A DNA stretch of 64,000 nucleotides from a virus. This document shows, in pieces, positions 18,720 to 27,921 of this stretch (positions are counted from its first letter, which is position 1; the number at the start of each line of letters is the position of its first letter). Below the pieces are notes generated by a model that saw only the letters and a program-made list of their open reading frames with translations, did not search any database and was not told where the DNA came from. Position numbers and translations under genes: made by a program. Location of the stretch: positions 1-64,000 of IMG/VR virus record IMGVR_UViG_3300030117_003378; one strand, 5' to 3'.

Positions 18720-19256
18720 TCAGTCAACAGAACCAAGGTGTGCAAGTCTGCGGAGATTCTGCGTTCCGCGTTCGCGAAGTCGATGTGCGCGACCGGTGCC
18801 CTCTGTGCCGGAAGTTTGGAATGTAGCCTCATCTTCGATGTAGTAAGCCGCAGCCAAATCCGCACAGATTTCTCTTAGAACGTGGGCAAACTCTCCCTGT
18901 TGTACGGTTACATTATCAGCATGGTCTGCCGATAGTCCTGTGACGCCTGTAAGTTGGTTTGTAGATTTACCTGACCATGCAAACGAGTCTCCGTCAATGT
19001 TACCGTTGCCGGAAGTGGAAAAGGCTGTACCGGAAGTTAGATTAACCGTTGTTGCTCCCGCAGCGGTCGCGCCGTCGAGCGTAGTCTCTGCGGTTTCTCG
19101 GCTAGGTGTATCTCTGCCGTAGTCTAGGAACTCTTGGTCGATGTCGATGGTTGCACGGCGAATAGCGCTGTTTAGGCGCGTAGTCGCTTTGTCACGCTGC
19201 GCGCTGTTGAGCCCCAATCGGCTTCCAACGTCGGCGTTCGTGCAATAGTATGCCAT
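18720..19256 (-). CDS. head-tail adaptor (gp6/Mu gp36-like) with inserted beta domain
   Basis: MAYYCT.ADV..RL, AI..AT.DID, L.EICADLAA.Y, L..LA.G pattern. Confidence 0.65.
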   Translation of the reverse strand: MAYYCTNADVGSRLGLNSAQRDKATTRLNSAIRRATIDIDQEFLDYGRDTPSRETAETTLDGATAAGATTVNLTSGTAFSTSGNGNIDGDSFAWSGKSTNQLTGVTGLSADHADNVTVQQGEFAHVLREICADLAAAYYIEDEATFQTSGTEGTGRAHRLRERGTQNLRRLAHLGSVD

Positions 19257-19260
19257 CTAA

Positions 19261-19449
19261 TCACTCCTTGATTTCTTTGACTTCCTTTTTCGTTTCTTTT
19301 GCCTTGTCTGCAACATCTTCAACAGTGTCAATCAGTTCGTCAAGGGTAATCTTGCCATCAGCCATAACCGACTGATACTTCTTTATTCCCCAAACGGCTA
19401 CACCGATACCTAGCACTGCTAATGCACCATACATCTCAATATCCATCAT
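19261..19449 (-). CDS. small single-TM protein (holin-like candidate)
   Basis: N-terminal hydrophobic helix, ADGKITLDE, charged tail. Confidence 0.45.
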   Translation of the reverse strand: MMDIEMYGALAVLGIGVAVWGIKKYQSVMADGKITLDELIDTVEDVADKAKETKKEVKEIKE

Positions 19450-19643
19450 CTATCACCTTCTCTATTATACAGAACCTCTTTGACTGCTGAATGCGGAATC
19501 ACCGTAAACGGCCTGTCGTGACCTGCCCTGTAAATCTTATAACCATGAGGTGTTACTTCAATATACACGTTGGTATAACACTTCTCGGGTGGAACATACA
19601 CAATTTTACCTAGTCTCTTTTCTTCTTTGCTCATTTTACTCAC
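19446..19643 (-). CDS. hypothetical protein
   Basis: ORF tiled within the operon. Confidence 0.5.
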   Translation of the reverse strand: MSKMSKEEKRLGKIVYVPPEKCYTNVYIEVTPHGYKIYRAGHDRPFTVIPHSAVKEVLYNREGDR

Positions 19644-19809
19644 TCATCCATGTTTCTAGTTGTTCATCTGTGGGTGCTTCGCCCCACTCTGCGGGCCAAT
19701 TTTGCCTTTTGAAATATACACCGTCGCCTTTATCTTCTACTAGATTAACCCATAGTGGGTCAAAATCAGGATAGTTTTCCATCAATACTTGTTCCATACT
19801 TTTACTCAT
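19636..19809 (-). CDS. fiber assembly chaperone-like protein (XkdW-like, 57 aa)
   Basis: Manual translation MSKSMEQVLMENYPDF...WPAEWGEAPTDEQLETWMSE, directly after the fiber gene. Confidence 0.5.
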   Translation of the reverse strand: MSKSMEQVLMENYPDFDPLWVNLVEDKGDGVYFKRQNWPAEWGEAPTDEQLETWMSE

Positions 19810-21728
19810 TACAATACCTCCATAATACTCAAAAATGTTTGGTTAACACCTACATTATCACCAATAAGATTTTTACCTGAACCTCCATTGTGATAACAAA
19901 ATAACTGAAGATAATCACCTGCGGATAATTGTAACAAAAGAGTCCCATTAGAAATCCATGATGAGTCTTTACCATAGTTTCCTCGATAAAGACCTGTTGT
20001 GTCTCCATTTTTTTGTAATTGGACAATTACTGAATGAGAAGAAGTTACATATCTGACTGTTGCGCCCATCGCCACAAGATACACACCGTCGCGTGGGACT
20101 ACCCATTTACGATTTGTATTATCCCATGCGCTTGCAGTATCAAAAGCGACAGTATCAAGTGGACATAAAGTGTAAGCCGCACTTGTAGCAAAGTTTGTTA
20201 CACTTGTTCCGAGAGAGATATGTGCAACATGGGGCGAAGTAACAACAAAATCCATATTGCCGTTAGCATCGTCGTAAGTCACCGTTATGCCCGTTTTTGT
20301 ACCTCCGGTCGCCACCAAAGCCCCTGCGTAGTCCTCAACCTGTTCTTGAGAAAGTTGTGTGTTTGTATCGGCAGAAGAAATTGTAACAACACCACCGGCC
20401 TCTGCTAAAGTAATGTTTGTACCTTTTTTCAGCATTAGAGTTTCGCTTGAGCCCAATGTGTTGTCGGCACTTCCGTCGCCATCTGTATCAACTGTTACCG
20501 TTCTTACCGAGCCGCCACCACCGGATGCCGCAGCCCACTCAATATCGTTACCACCACTGTTGACGGTAAGAACCTGATTCGCAGAACCTAAAGCAAGAGT
20601 TGACATTGAAACGTTACCGTTGCCGATAAGCAAAGACTTAGACACTACATTATTCAACCCTGTTCCACCTTGAGACACGGGGAGGGTGCCTTTGGCATCA
20701 AGAGAGCGATAAATACCATCTGCGACCTGTTTGAAGTTCCAAGAGCCATTTATTTTTGGGCGGTTCAGCAAGTGTATTTCAGAGCCGGGGTTTGCGTTCG
20801 GACCGTATAATCTTCCACCGCTGGCTATTTCCAACTTGTCGCATTCAAGAACGGCACCTGAAGTAATCGCGCAATAATGGCTAGCCGTTGTTGCTCCCGG
20901 TTCAATGACGACTGACCTGTAAGATGCAGTAAATGAGGTTCCGTAACCGGCCCCCGTAACAGGTAGATTAAACGGACCCGCACTACCGTAGAAATGTACG
21001 GTGGATTTACCCCAATCGTGTAGAGCAGTAGAGGAAGAGGCAAATGTACCGTTAATTTTGAATATGGCTGAATAGTCAGCCTCGACTGTTACAACACCGC
21101 TAGGAGTCAAACTAACATTGTTGCTAGATATGTTGAGGTTTAGCATTTCTACACCCCTGTCTATGTTAGCATTTTGTAATGTCGTGTTAAATGCGGGCGA
21201 CCATTTCTGTCCCGATGAGCCAGCAGTAACATCTACATTTGGGTACGTTCCTGAAGGCAAAACCATTCTACCCGAAGCATCAGAGCCAATCACTGTAAAC
21301 TTAAATGTTGTCCTTGAACGAGATGTAGAGTCGTCGAATATACCATTGTCCAACAGAGACAAGGATTCAGTAACGGAATCTGTTGACCCGGCAAATTTTA
21401 CAAAACTGTTGGAGTAATCGTAAGCGCTATCTGAAAAGTTAAACACCAATGTTCCCGAGACAGTCAAAAAATTGCCGCGCTCAAATAGGGCACTTTTCAA
21501 ATTGATTGTACCTGCGGAAATAGTAACAGAAGCATTTCCTCCTTTGAAATCTTCCATGACTCTAATATCATCGACAGTGCCATTTGTTGCTGGATTCCAA
21601 ACACAAGGGTTTCCCGGCTCTCCCATAAAAACTACTGTGTCACCGGAACCGGGAACTGCACCCGTGTCCCAATTCGCGGCGGTGTTGTATGCGTTAGATG
21701 CCACGCCAAGCCAAACTGTAACTGCCAT
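19809..21728 (-). CDS. fiber/adhesin with C-terminal C1q-like domain
   Basis: W.TAANW..GAVP N-terminus; LPV..GGTG and GSANQVL.V fiber motifs; C-terminal FDTASAWD..VPRDGVY..LSAGDY.QL. Confidence 0.7.
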   Translation of the reverse strand: MAVTVWLGVASNAYNTAANWDTGAVPGSGDTVVFMGEPGNPCVWNPATNGTVDDIRVMEDFKGGNASVTISAGTINLKSALFERGNFLTVSGTLVFNFSDSAYDYSNSFVKFAGSTDSVTESLSLLDNGIFDDSTSRSRTTFKFTVIGSDASGRMVLPSGTYPNVDVTAGSSGQKWSPAFNTTLQNANIDRGVEMLNLNISSNNVSLTPSGVVTVEADYSAIFKINGTFASSSTALHDWGKSTVHFYGSAGPFNLPVTGAGYGTSFTASYRSVVIEPGATTASHYCAITSGAVLECDKLEIASGGRLYGPNANPGSEIHLLNRPKINGSWNFKQVADGIYRSLDAKGTLPVSQGGTGLNNVVSKSLLIGNGNVSMSTLALGSANQVLTVNSGGNDIEWAAASGGGGSVRTVTVDTDGDGSADNTLGSSETLMLKKGTNITLAEAGGVVTISSADTNTQLSQEQVEDYAGALVATGGTKTGITVTYDDANGNMDFVVTSPHVAHISLGTSVTNFATSAAYTLCPLDTVAFDTASAWDNTNRKWVVPRDGVYLVAMGATVRYVTSSHSVIVQLQKNGDTTGLYRGNYGKDSSWISNGTLLLQLSAGDYLQLFCYHNGGSGKNLIGDNVGVNQTFLSIMEVL

Positions 21729-21746
21729 GCTTTCCTCTCACTATCA

Positions 21747-22211
21747 CTAATCACTCAACACACCTGACAAATCATCAGACGAGTCGTGTGTTGTCGTAAT
21801 GATAGTTTTGGAAGAAGGTGTCGCGCCTGTCTCAAGTCGCGTGTCTGTTTTGCCCGAATAGAATGCACTGCCTCCTTTCTCTTCGATAGTTCGCAGTGCC
21901 TCCAACGCTTGCTTTTCAAAAGATTTAAGTTGTTGGTTGTAACGAATATCCTGTGTACCTTGTTCCTTTTCAGGAACCCATGCTGGAACGGTGTCAATCA
22001 AGACACGCAAGCAGTCGCAGCATACTAGGAGTTTGACAGCACTTTCTTTGAGAGCGGTAGTAGGTGCGTTATCAACTACACCAAAGTTAGCGCCACGCGC
22101 TTTCTTGGTAACTTCTGCGTCACGGATTGTAATGTATTCGTTGATTGTACCGTCGTTTAGTCCACGCGGTCTATTCAACAAATCACGAATCTGCGCTACC
22201 GTCACTGCCAT
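21747..22211 (-). CDS. head-tail connector-like protein
   Basis: MAVTVAQIRDLL..L.D..I..YI pattern; downstream of capsid genes; start reassigned. Confidence 0.5.
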   Translation of the reverse strand: MAVTVAQIRDLLNRPRGLNDGTINEYITIRDAEVTKKARGANFGVVDNAPTTALKESAVKLLVCCDCLRVLIDTVPAWVPEKEQGTQDIRYNQQLKSFEKQALEALRTIEEKGGSAFYSGKTDTRLETGATPSSKTIITTTHDSSDDLSGVLSD

Positions 22212-22539
22212 TGTTCCAAGCCTCCGGGTAATCCTTTGGTATTTCAAGATGAGTAGTGTCGGATAAGGGTTGTGGCTCTCTACCCAAAACAAACACAAGT
22301 TTGCTTTCGATAATATGCTGTGCGAAGGTACTATTGGCTACCCAATAAGTAGTGTTTGGCTCCATCAAAACAACGGGATTCCAAGGTTTGCGAGAAGCAG
22401 GGCGTGCAAGTCTAAGTAAAAACCCATCACCGGGCAAGTAAACGTCAAGCCTGTGTTGTAATTCTTCAACAGTGGCACCCTTTGGAACGGGAATGCCGCG
22501 TGCTTTCAGTTCTTTAACCAATGCTGCCTTTGATGCCAT
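22183..22539 (-). CDS. HeH/SAP-like domain protein
   Basis: KAALVKELKARGIPVPKGAT.EEL..RL. Confidence 0.55.
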   Translation of the reverse strand: MASKAALVKELKARGIPVPKGATVEELQHRLDVYLPGDGFLLRLARPASRKPWNPVVLMEPNTTYWVANSTFAQHIIESKLVFVLGREPQPLSDTTHLEIPKDYPEAWNNGSDGSADS

Positions 22540-22543
22540 CTAC

Positions 22544-22702
22544 TCACTCTTTCTTCGCTTTACTCTTCTTCGCTTTACTCTTCTTAGCAGGTTTTGCGCT
22601 TCCAACGCAGACCCAATGCTTACCATCAATTTCAACGGTAATACCTGATGGCTCACTAGCCATCTGATACAGTTTGCCTTCGTGTTCCATTTCTTCAGTC
22701 AC
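22544..22702 (-). CDS. small protein with basic KKSKA repeat tail
   Basis: Manual translation ...SAKPAKKSKAKKSKAKKE; GAGGTGG SD. Confidence 0.5.
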   Translation of the reverse strand: MTEEMEHEGKLYQMASEPSGITVEIDGKHWVCVGSAKPAKKSKAKKSKAKKE

Positions 22703-22712
22703 TTAGACCACC

Positions 22713-23180
22713 TCAAGCAGCCTTGTAACCTTGGACAATGACAATCATTGGCTCCAAATCCGAGCCGGAGTTGTCGGAGGTAGTAACTCGTAGTGTGCCA
22801 CCTGCCGCGATTGTAACGTTTGCGGTTGTTAGGTTGGCTGCGCGAACAATGTCACCTGCGCTACCTGATACATCAAGAGCGGCGGTAATGTGGTTGCTAC
22901 CTGTTCCGTTGGTTACACGGACTGTATCGCTTGACGCACCTGCACCTGCCATGATAACATGAACATCTGTAACGGTCATTTTTTCTTGAATCTCGGTATC
23001 AAGGTTTGCGCTTGCACCTGCGGCAGTTACAATCTCAAGCATAATGGGGATGTATTGCACACCACTTGTGGTAACTGCTGTGCGAGGCTTGATAGCCGCC
23101 TCAAGCAACAGCGAATCGTCTTTGAGGTATTTGTCCTCAACAAAGTCTTGGAATTTTCGGTTTTGTGCCATGATTGTCAC
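22713..23180 (-). CDS. capsid-associated jelly-roll/decoration-like protein
   Basis: Follows the major capsid protein; A/T/G/S-rich beta protein. Confidence 0.45.
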   Translation of the reverse strand: MTIMAQNRKFQDFVEDKYLKDDSLLLEAAIKPRTAVTTSGVQYIPIMLEIVTAAGASANLDTEIQEKMTVTDVHVIMAGAGASSDTVRVTNGTGSNHITAALDVSGSAGDIVRAANLTTANVTIAAGGTLRVTTSDNSGSDLEPMIVIVQGYKAA

Positions 23181-23210
23181 TCTCCTATATTTTTACCTCG
23201 GAGAACAACC

Positions 23211-24131
23211 TCACGAACGGACACCGGTAATCTTCACAATTCGGTTGTTTTTGCCACTTGCTGCACCATCTTGGTGTTCGTGGATAACAGTTCCCATGTA
23301 TGAAGTGAGTAACCAATCGAATCCAACACCGGGTAGTCGTGTCAATTCAGTCTCTTGGAATCCTTCTCCGTTGTATTGGAAGAACTCTGCGGTTTCTGCA
23401 CCGGGGATTAGCAATAGTGCATCGTTACCTAGTGCGCTGCTGGTTCCGTAGTCACGGGAGTAGTAGATTCGCAAGTTTGCGATTCGACCCATGTGGTCTG
23501 CGAGTGACTCAACAACGTTTCCGAAGAGTTGTGTGTTGAGCATAGCACTGCGCTTGTCAGCAGGTAGAACAAGAGCCATTGGCTCGTCACCGCTAACACG
23601 GGCGTTTGCGAAAATCAAGTCCATAGCAGCCAAGAGGTCTGCTTCTTCGTCAGCAGTTGCGCTACCGAATACTGCGGTTGCTGCTTGTGTCTGACCTGCA
23701 CCTGCGACCAACGTGGTTAGAATGTGGTTGTCAATCTTGTCTGCGCGAGCGCGGATAATTCCGAGTTGCTGGCGGTCGATGTTTTCAAAGGACTCGCCTC
23801 GTAGTCGAACAGCGTCTAGGAAGACACAGCGGCCTTGTCCCTTCTCCAACTTAACGGAGTAGTTTGCAGTTCCGACCTTGGTTGGGTCAGTGACAGCAAC
23901 ATCGTCTAGTGGGTAACTGAAAGTACCGTTGACTCCGGTGTACCACTTGAATTCAAGCCATCCGACTGTGCGGTTTCCAACAAGGTCTGTACCGATAGCG
24001 ATGGTAGTGGACTGAAGTTGGATAAAGTCACGAAGGGTCTGCTCAAGAACAGCGTCGCCGACCGAGAATGGCCCTGCTGCTGCCTCGACGTTCAAAATTT
24101 GCTCTAGTGAATCATTTGCCATATTTTTCAT
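23211..24131 (-). CDS. major capsid protein (HK97 fold, inferred)
   Basis: About 300 aa after protease and decoration gene; ADKIDN.IL helix; C-terminal IVKITGV. Confidence 0.75.
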   Translation of the reverse strand: MKNMANDSLEQILNVEAAAGPFSVGDAVLEQTLRDFIQLQSTTIAIGTDLVGNRTVGWLEFKWYTGVNGTFSYPLDDVAVTDPTKVGTANYSVKLEKGQGRCVFLDAVRLRGESFENIDRQQLGIIRARADKIDNHILTTLVAGAGQTQAATAVFGSATADEEADLLAAMDLIFANARVSGDEPMALVLPADKRSAMLNTQLFGNVVESLADHMGRIANLRIYYSRDYGTSSALGNDALLLIPGAETAEFFQYNGEGFQETELTRLPGVGFDWLLTSYMGTVIHEHQDGAASGKNNRIVKITGVRS

Positions 24132-24156
24132 CTCCTTTATTCATTTAGGTCTGCCC

Positions 24157-24573
24157 TCAAGCAGTTGCGGCCCCCGCCGTCATAACCGGAATCATATCTC
24201 CGGCTGTGGTGCTTGACGCACCTTCGCCGACATATACACCGAGAACCTTGCTTGTGTGGTCGTTGCTGTCAATTACTTGACCGCTTGCACCGACGTAAAC
24301 CAAAAGTCCGGTTGTGTAAGTTTGTGATGCCTCGGACTGAACCATTAGGACACCGCCCAATGGGTAGTAAGCGACTGTTGCACCTGAAGTTTCAAGTGTT
24401 CCGTCTGCATCGCGTGAGGACTCTGCTGCACTGATACCAATGCAAATTTCTCCATCTGCACATAGGTCAAGTGTGTTGTTTGTTGAGTCATTCACCAAAC
24501 ACAAACCCGGACCGCTAACGGTTGTGCTTGCCTTTAGTGTTGCATTTCGTGGGTCTGCTCCTTCTCCATACAT
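24157..24573 (-). CDS. capsid cement/decoration protein
   Basis: Small Gly/Ala/Thr-rich beta protein between protease and capsid gene. Confidence 0.6.
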   Translation of the reverse strand: MYGEGADPRNATLKASTTVSGPGLCLVNDSTNNTLDLCADGEICIGISAAESSRDADGTLETSGATVAYYPLGGVLMVQSEASQTYTTGLLVYVGASGQVIDSNDHTSKVLGVYVGEGASSTTAGDMIPVMTAGAATA

Positions 24574-24574
24574 C

Positions 24575-27034
24575 TTAGTTCATCTCCTTTAGTTCATTGT
24601 AAGTTTTTGCGCGCATCTTGACATCGTTGCGCTCGTCGATTGTGAGTGTTTGGTTCCAAGCCTTTGCCCATGCGTTGTATGCCTTTGAGTAAAGACTCTC
24701 GGGGGTTTCGACCATCTTGCCGTTGAGGTAGTTTGCTACAACCGCTTCGGATTGTGGCTCGCTTGCTACAACGGGTTCTGATGGACTCTCAGTTGAAGCG
24801 ACCACAGGGGCCATATCAACGGGTTCCGGTGCTGGGTTTGCTTCTTCCCATGATGCAATTAGATTCTCGACAACCTCAGTGGACAAATCTTCGTGTCCTC
24901 TAAGTCCGATTTCAGTTGCTCGCTGAACAACCTCTTGACGTGAAGCCTCCATTCGTGCTTCCTCGCTTGCCTTAAATGAATCAATCTCCGCATTCTTCAA
25001 GACCATTTCAGCCTTTAGGGATTCGATTTCTGAAAGCAGTTCTTGCTGCTCATCCATATTTTTCTGTTCTTCTGCCATGACGATTGCCTCGCTTTGCTGA
25101 ACCGACGAAGAATAAGAGTGACTTATCAACGTTTGCTCACTCTTGTCAAAGTCACTTTGCGTTGCGGCTACTTTTTCGGCGGTTTCGATATTTGCACGTT
25201 CATACGCCGGTCGATGCACAATAGCAAGATGGTCGAATTTGAAATCGTGGTCGAACAACATACCATTTTCATCTGCGACGGTTGGAACGCCTGTTCCTCC
25301 GATTGATACGCCGTAACCATCACGAAGCCACAATCCTGACTCAAGAGCCTCAAAGAGTTCGGGCCTATACACACGCGCAGTATAACGTACATTCCATTTG
25401 CCATTTCCTAAGTCCTGTATTTCTGCGGCTGTAATAACACCAACAACTGCTTCATTTACATCACCTGCCATGTTTCTACTAAATCCAAAATCATCAGGAG
25501 AAGGGTGATTTAGTGTAACGTCAGCACCAATCATTTGTGGTAGAATCATTTCTACTGCTTGGCGTGTTACTTCCCACTTGTTTCTATTCATGCCTTCGTG
25601 GAATGCTATGCCTGTAATCTCAATCATGGTTTTTCCGGTCGATGCTTCTACGATACTTTGTGTACTCTCTACACTTAGTTCCAAGTTGACACTAACAGGT
25701 TGACAGGAACCATTTATCCATTCTTCACCGATTGGGCAGATGCCATCATCTTCGGCTTCTAGGATTTCGTAATCATCTTCGCAACCACAACCACAGGAGT
25801 CAATAGATGCTTTTTTGCTTTTGCGTGGGTGTCCCTTTGGTAGAAGGTCGTTGTCTTGAGTGTATTTTGGGTTGGAAGGTTTACCGCTTCTGACTAACTT
25901 TAGGAAAGCATTTACACGGGCCATAGACCATGCTGCTCGCGATACACCGGGTCGGTGAGAAGTAGAGTAGGCACCAGCGCCACGACGATAGACTGCTTTG
26001 AGCATACCGAGCGTAACTTTTCTGTCGTGCTTTTCGTTGTGTTCTTTGACTTTGTTCTTGAGAGAATTAGTCACTGATTCTGAAAAGGTAACTTTGCCGC
26101 CGGGAGTAGCAGAGCCGGGTTTGTTTTTCTTTGAGCCCTTTCTTCGGTCCTTTGGTGGGGCAGGGGTGTCGGGGTCACTTGCAGTCATAGATTCCATACA
26201 GTGACCTGCTTGCATACAGTATTCTTTGTCGCCACATTGGGCGCACATGGAAAGTTCAGCCTCAACCTTGCTACCTCCGCGCCACTGTCGGCAAGACCAA
26301 TAGCGAGCCTTGTATTTTGGTCCGGGGTTGTCGCAGTTATGTCTGTCGCGGAAAGCCTTTCTTCTTTTTGGGTCATCCCGTTTGATTTCCATGTTAGGGT
26401 CGCCAAACCTAACAATAACGACGTTGCCATTTGGCCCCATCGTGTAAACGCCAAACTTTTTGTTAGCGCCGGGAGTTCTAAATGGTTTGTTTAGTGTGAC
26501 CTTTCTACCTTGGTATTCTGCGGCAGTAACATCTTCTTCATCCCATTCTTCATAGGCAACAACTGCGCCTTTACATCCACAACCACAATCCTCCGAGGCA
26601 TACTTTTTCTTTTTGTGTTCCTCATCATCATCGTGGTAGCCCTCTACTTCTACGTCACGACCTTGATTCTTACTCATGTATTCTTCGTGTGTTTTGCATG
26701 GCATAAATACTGTTCGCCCATCTTCGTCATGCTGGTGTATTTCATCGCACCCCATTTCTTTTGCGCGATTCATAGCCTCGCCGGGATTGTCGAAGACATC
26801 TCGCCTAATCATGCGTGCTTCAACAGGCTCGCCACTAGAACCACAGTCACAACCCATGTTGTCATCCGTGCTGTTTAATGATTTATCAACATTGGCCTTT
26901 GCCTTCTTTTCAAAGTAAGAATTGCACACTGCCGCCCTTTGTTGTGGGTTTCCGAACTCGCTGTTCATTTTTGAGTCACCCATACACCTATCCATAAAGT
27001 CATCTCTCGACTCTCCTTTTTTTGGGTCAGGCAT
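24575..27034 (-). CDS. prohead protease-scaffold fusion with several N-terminal accessory domains
   Basis: G.AFHEG.N.N, V.LNHP, VSIGG, DHLAIV.RPA protease motifs; acidic coiled-coil C-terminus. Confidence 0.8.
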   Translation of the reverse strand: MPDPKKGESRDDFMDRCMGDSKMNSEFGNPQQRAAVCNSYFEKKAKANVDKSLNSTDDNMGCDCGSSGEPVEARMIRRDVFDNPGEAMNRAKEMGCDEIHQHDEDGRTVFMPCKTHEEYMSKNQGRDVEVEGYHDDDEEHKKKKYASEDCGCGCKGAVVAYEEWDEEDVTAAEYQGRKVTLNKPFRTPGANKKFGVYTMGPNGNVVIVRFGDPNMEIKRDDPKRRKAFRDRHNCDNPGPKYKARYWSCRQWRGGSKVEAELSMCAQCGDKEYCMQAGHCMESMTASDPDTPAPPKDRRKGSKKNKPGSATPGGKVTFSESVTNSLKNKVKEHNEKHDRKVTLGMLKAVYRRGAGAYSTSHRPGVSRAAWSMARVNAFLKLVRSGKPSNPKYTQDNDLLPKGHPRKSKKASIDSCGCGCEDDYEILEAEDDGICPIGEEWINGSCQPVSVNLELSVESTQSIVEASTGKTMIEITGIAFHEGMNRNKWEVTRQAVEMILPQMIGADVTLNHPSPDDFGFSRNMAGDVNEAVVGVITAAEIQDLGNGKWNVRYTARVYRPELFEALESGLWLRDGYGVSIGGTGVPTVADENGMLFDHDFKFDHLAIVHRPAYERANIETAEKVAATQSDFDKSEQTLISHSYSSSVQQSEAIVMAEEQKNMDEQQELLSEIESLKAEMVLKNAEIDSFKASEEARMEASRQEVVQRATEIGLRGHEDLSTEVVENLIASWEEANPAPEPVDMAPVVASTESPSEPVVASEPQSEAVVANYLNGKMVETPESLYSKAYNAWAKAWNQTLTIDERNDVKMRAKTYNELKEMN
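25122..25135 (-). promoter_or_regulatory. internal promoter upstream of the scaffold segment (ATG 25078)
   Basis: Same CAAACGTTGATAAG as the tail tube promoter, similar spacing to an in-frame ATG with GAGG SD. Confidence 0.55.
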
Positions 27035-27354
27035 TATTTGTTACCTCCCTTAAGTTTGACGCGCTTTAGGTCATCTTCAGTCTTTGAAATACGACGCATA
27101 GCCTCAACACGTTCCTCTTGCTCTGCATTCCACCTGTCAAAGAATCGAGAGATAGCCATGTACGATGGGCCGCTCAAAATACCAAGAACCGCGATGTAAG
27201 ATTCAATATCTTCTCTTACTTGCGGATTTACGAACGCTTGGTTGATAAGTTGATACGATAGAATAAAGAAGATAAAAACCATTGGTAGCGACACCACGGC
27301 TACGAAAATATCGTTTAGCGTAACTCGTATTTCCCATGCGCCATTGTCTTTCAT
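27034..27354 (-). CDS. two-TM membrane protein
   Basis: Two hydrophobic helices, charged C-terminus. Confidence 0.55.
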   Translation of the reverse strand: MKDNGAWEIRVTLNDIFVAVVSLPMVFIFFILSYQLINQAFVNPQVREDIESYIAVLGILSGPSYMAISRFFDRWNAEQEERVEAMRRISKTEDDLKRVKLKGGNK

Positions 27355-27358
27355 CTAA

Positions 27359-27778
27359 TCACCTATACACAAACATTGGAAGTGCGGATAGCACCTCATA
27401 GACTTCACGCGCCATAATATCAGACACCTCATCGTAAGTATCGACCGCAACGCCGCCTTGCTTTGCCACCTGTTGTTCTAATATTTCAAGGGTCGTATCT
27501 TCAATTGGATTTGCGAGCGTGATTTTGGGTTTGTCGTGCAAGTATTCGTTGCGCTCGGATAACAAACGGCTATACAGACCATGCCCTCTATGCGCGGGTG
27601 TAATGTAAGTGTTGCCCACGAAATAGAAATCGCCCATATCGGAAAACGATGTGTAGCCGACCATGTGGGGGTAGCAACAGCCAATTAAATATGTGATTGG
27701 TTCAATGATAGAAGGGTAGCCCTTTTGTGAAGGTGTGGATTCATCAATCCAATTTTTTTTGGAGGCAAATGTAATCAT
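27359..27778 (-). CDS. GNAT-family acetyltransferase
   Basis: YITPAHRGHGLY..LL acetyl-CoA motif A. Confidence 0.7.
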   Translation of the reverse strand: MITFASKKNWIDESTPSQKGYPSIIEPITYLIGCCYPHMVGYTSFSDMGDFYFVGNTYITPAHRGHGLYSRLLSERNEYLHDKPKITLANPIEDTTLEILEQQVAKQGGVAVDTYDEVSDIMAREVYEVLSALPMFVYR

Positions 27779-27921
27779 TTCAAATCCTCCGGTCCGTAGT
27801 GCGGTGCGTCAGGGCAATAATGAGGGTCATAAGGAAGAGGGTTCAATAGCATATCAGAAATAGTGTGAAGCATCAATAGCCCAAAACATAGACCACCAAT
27901 AACCCAACACGCGATGTCCAT
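27775..27921 (-). CDS. small membrane peptide (48 aa)
   Basis: Manual translation MDIACWVIGGLCFGLLMLHTI...; overlaps both neighbours. Confidence 0.45.
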   Translation of the reverse strand: MDIACWVIGGLCFGLLMLHTISDMLLNPLPYDPHYCPDAPHYGPEDLK

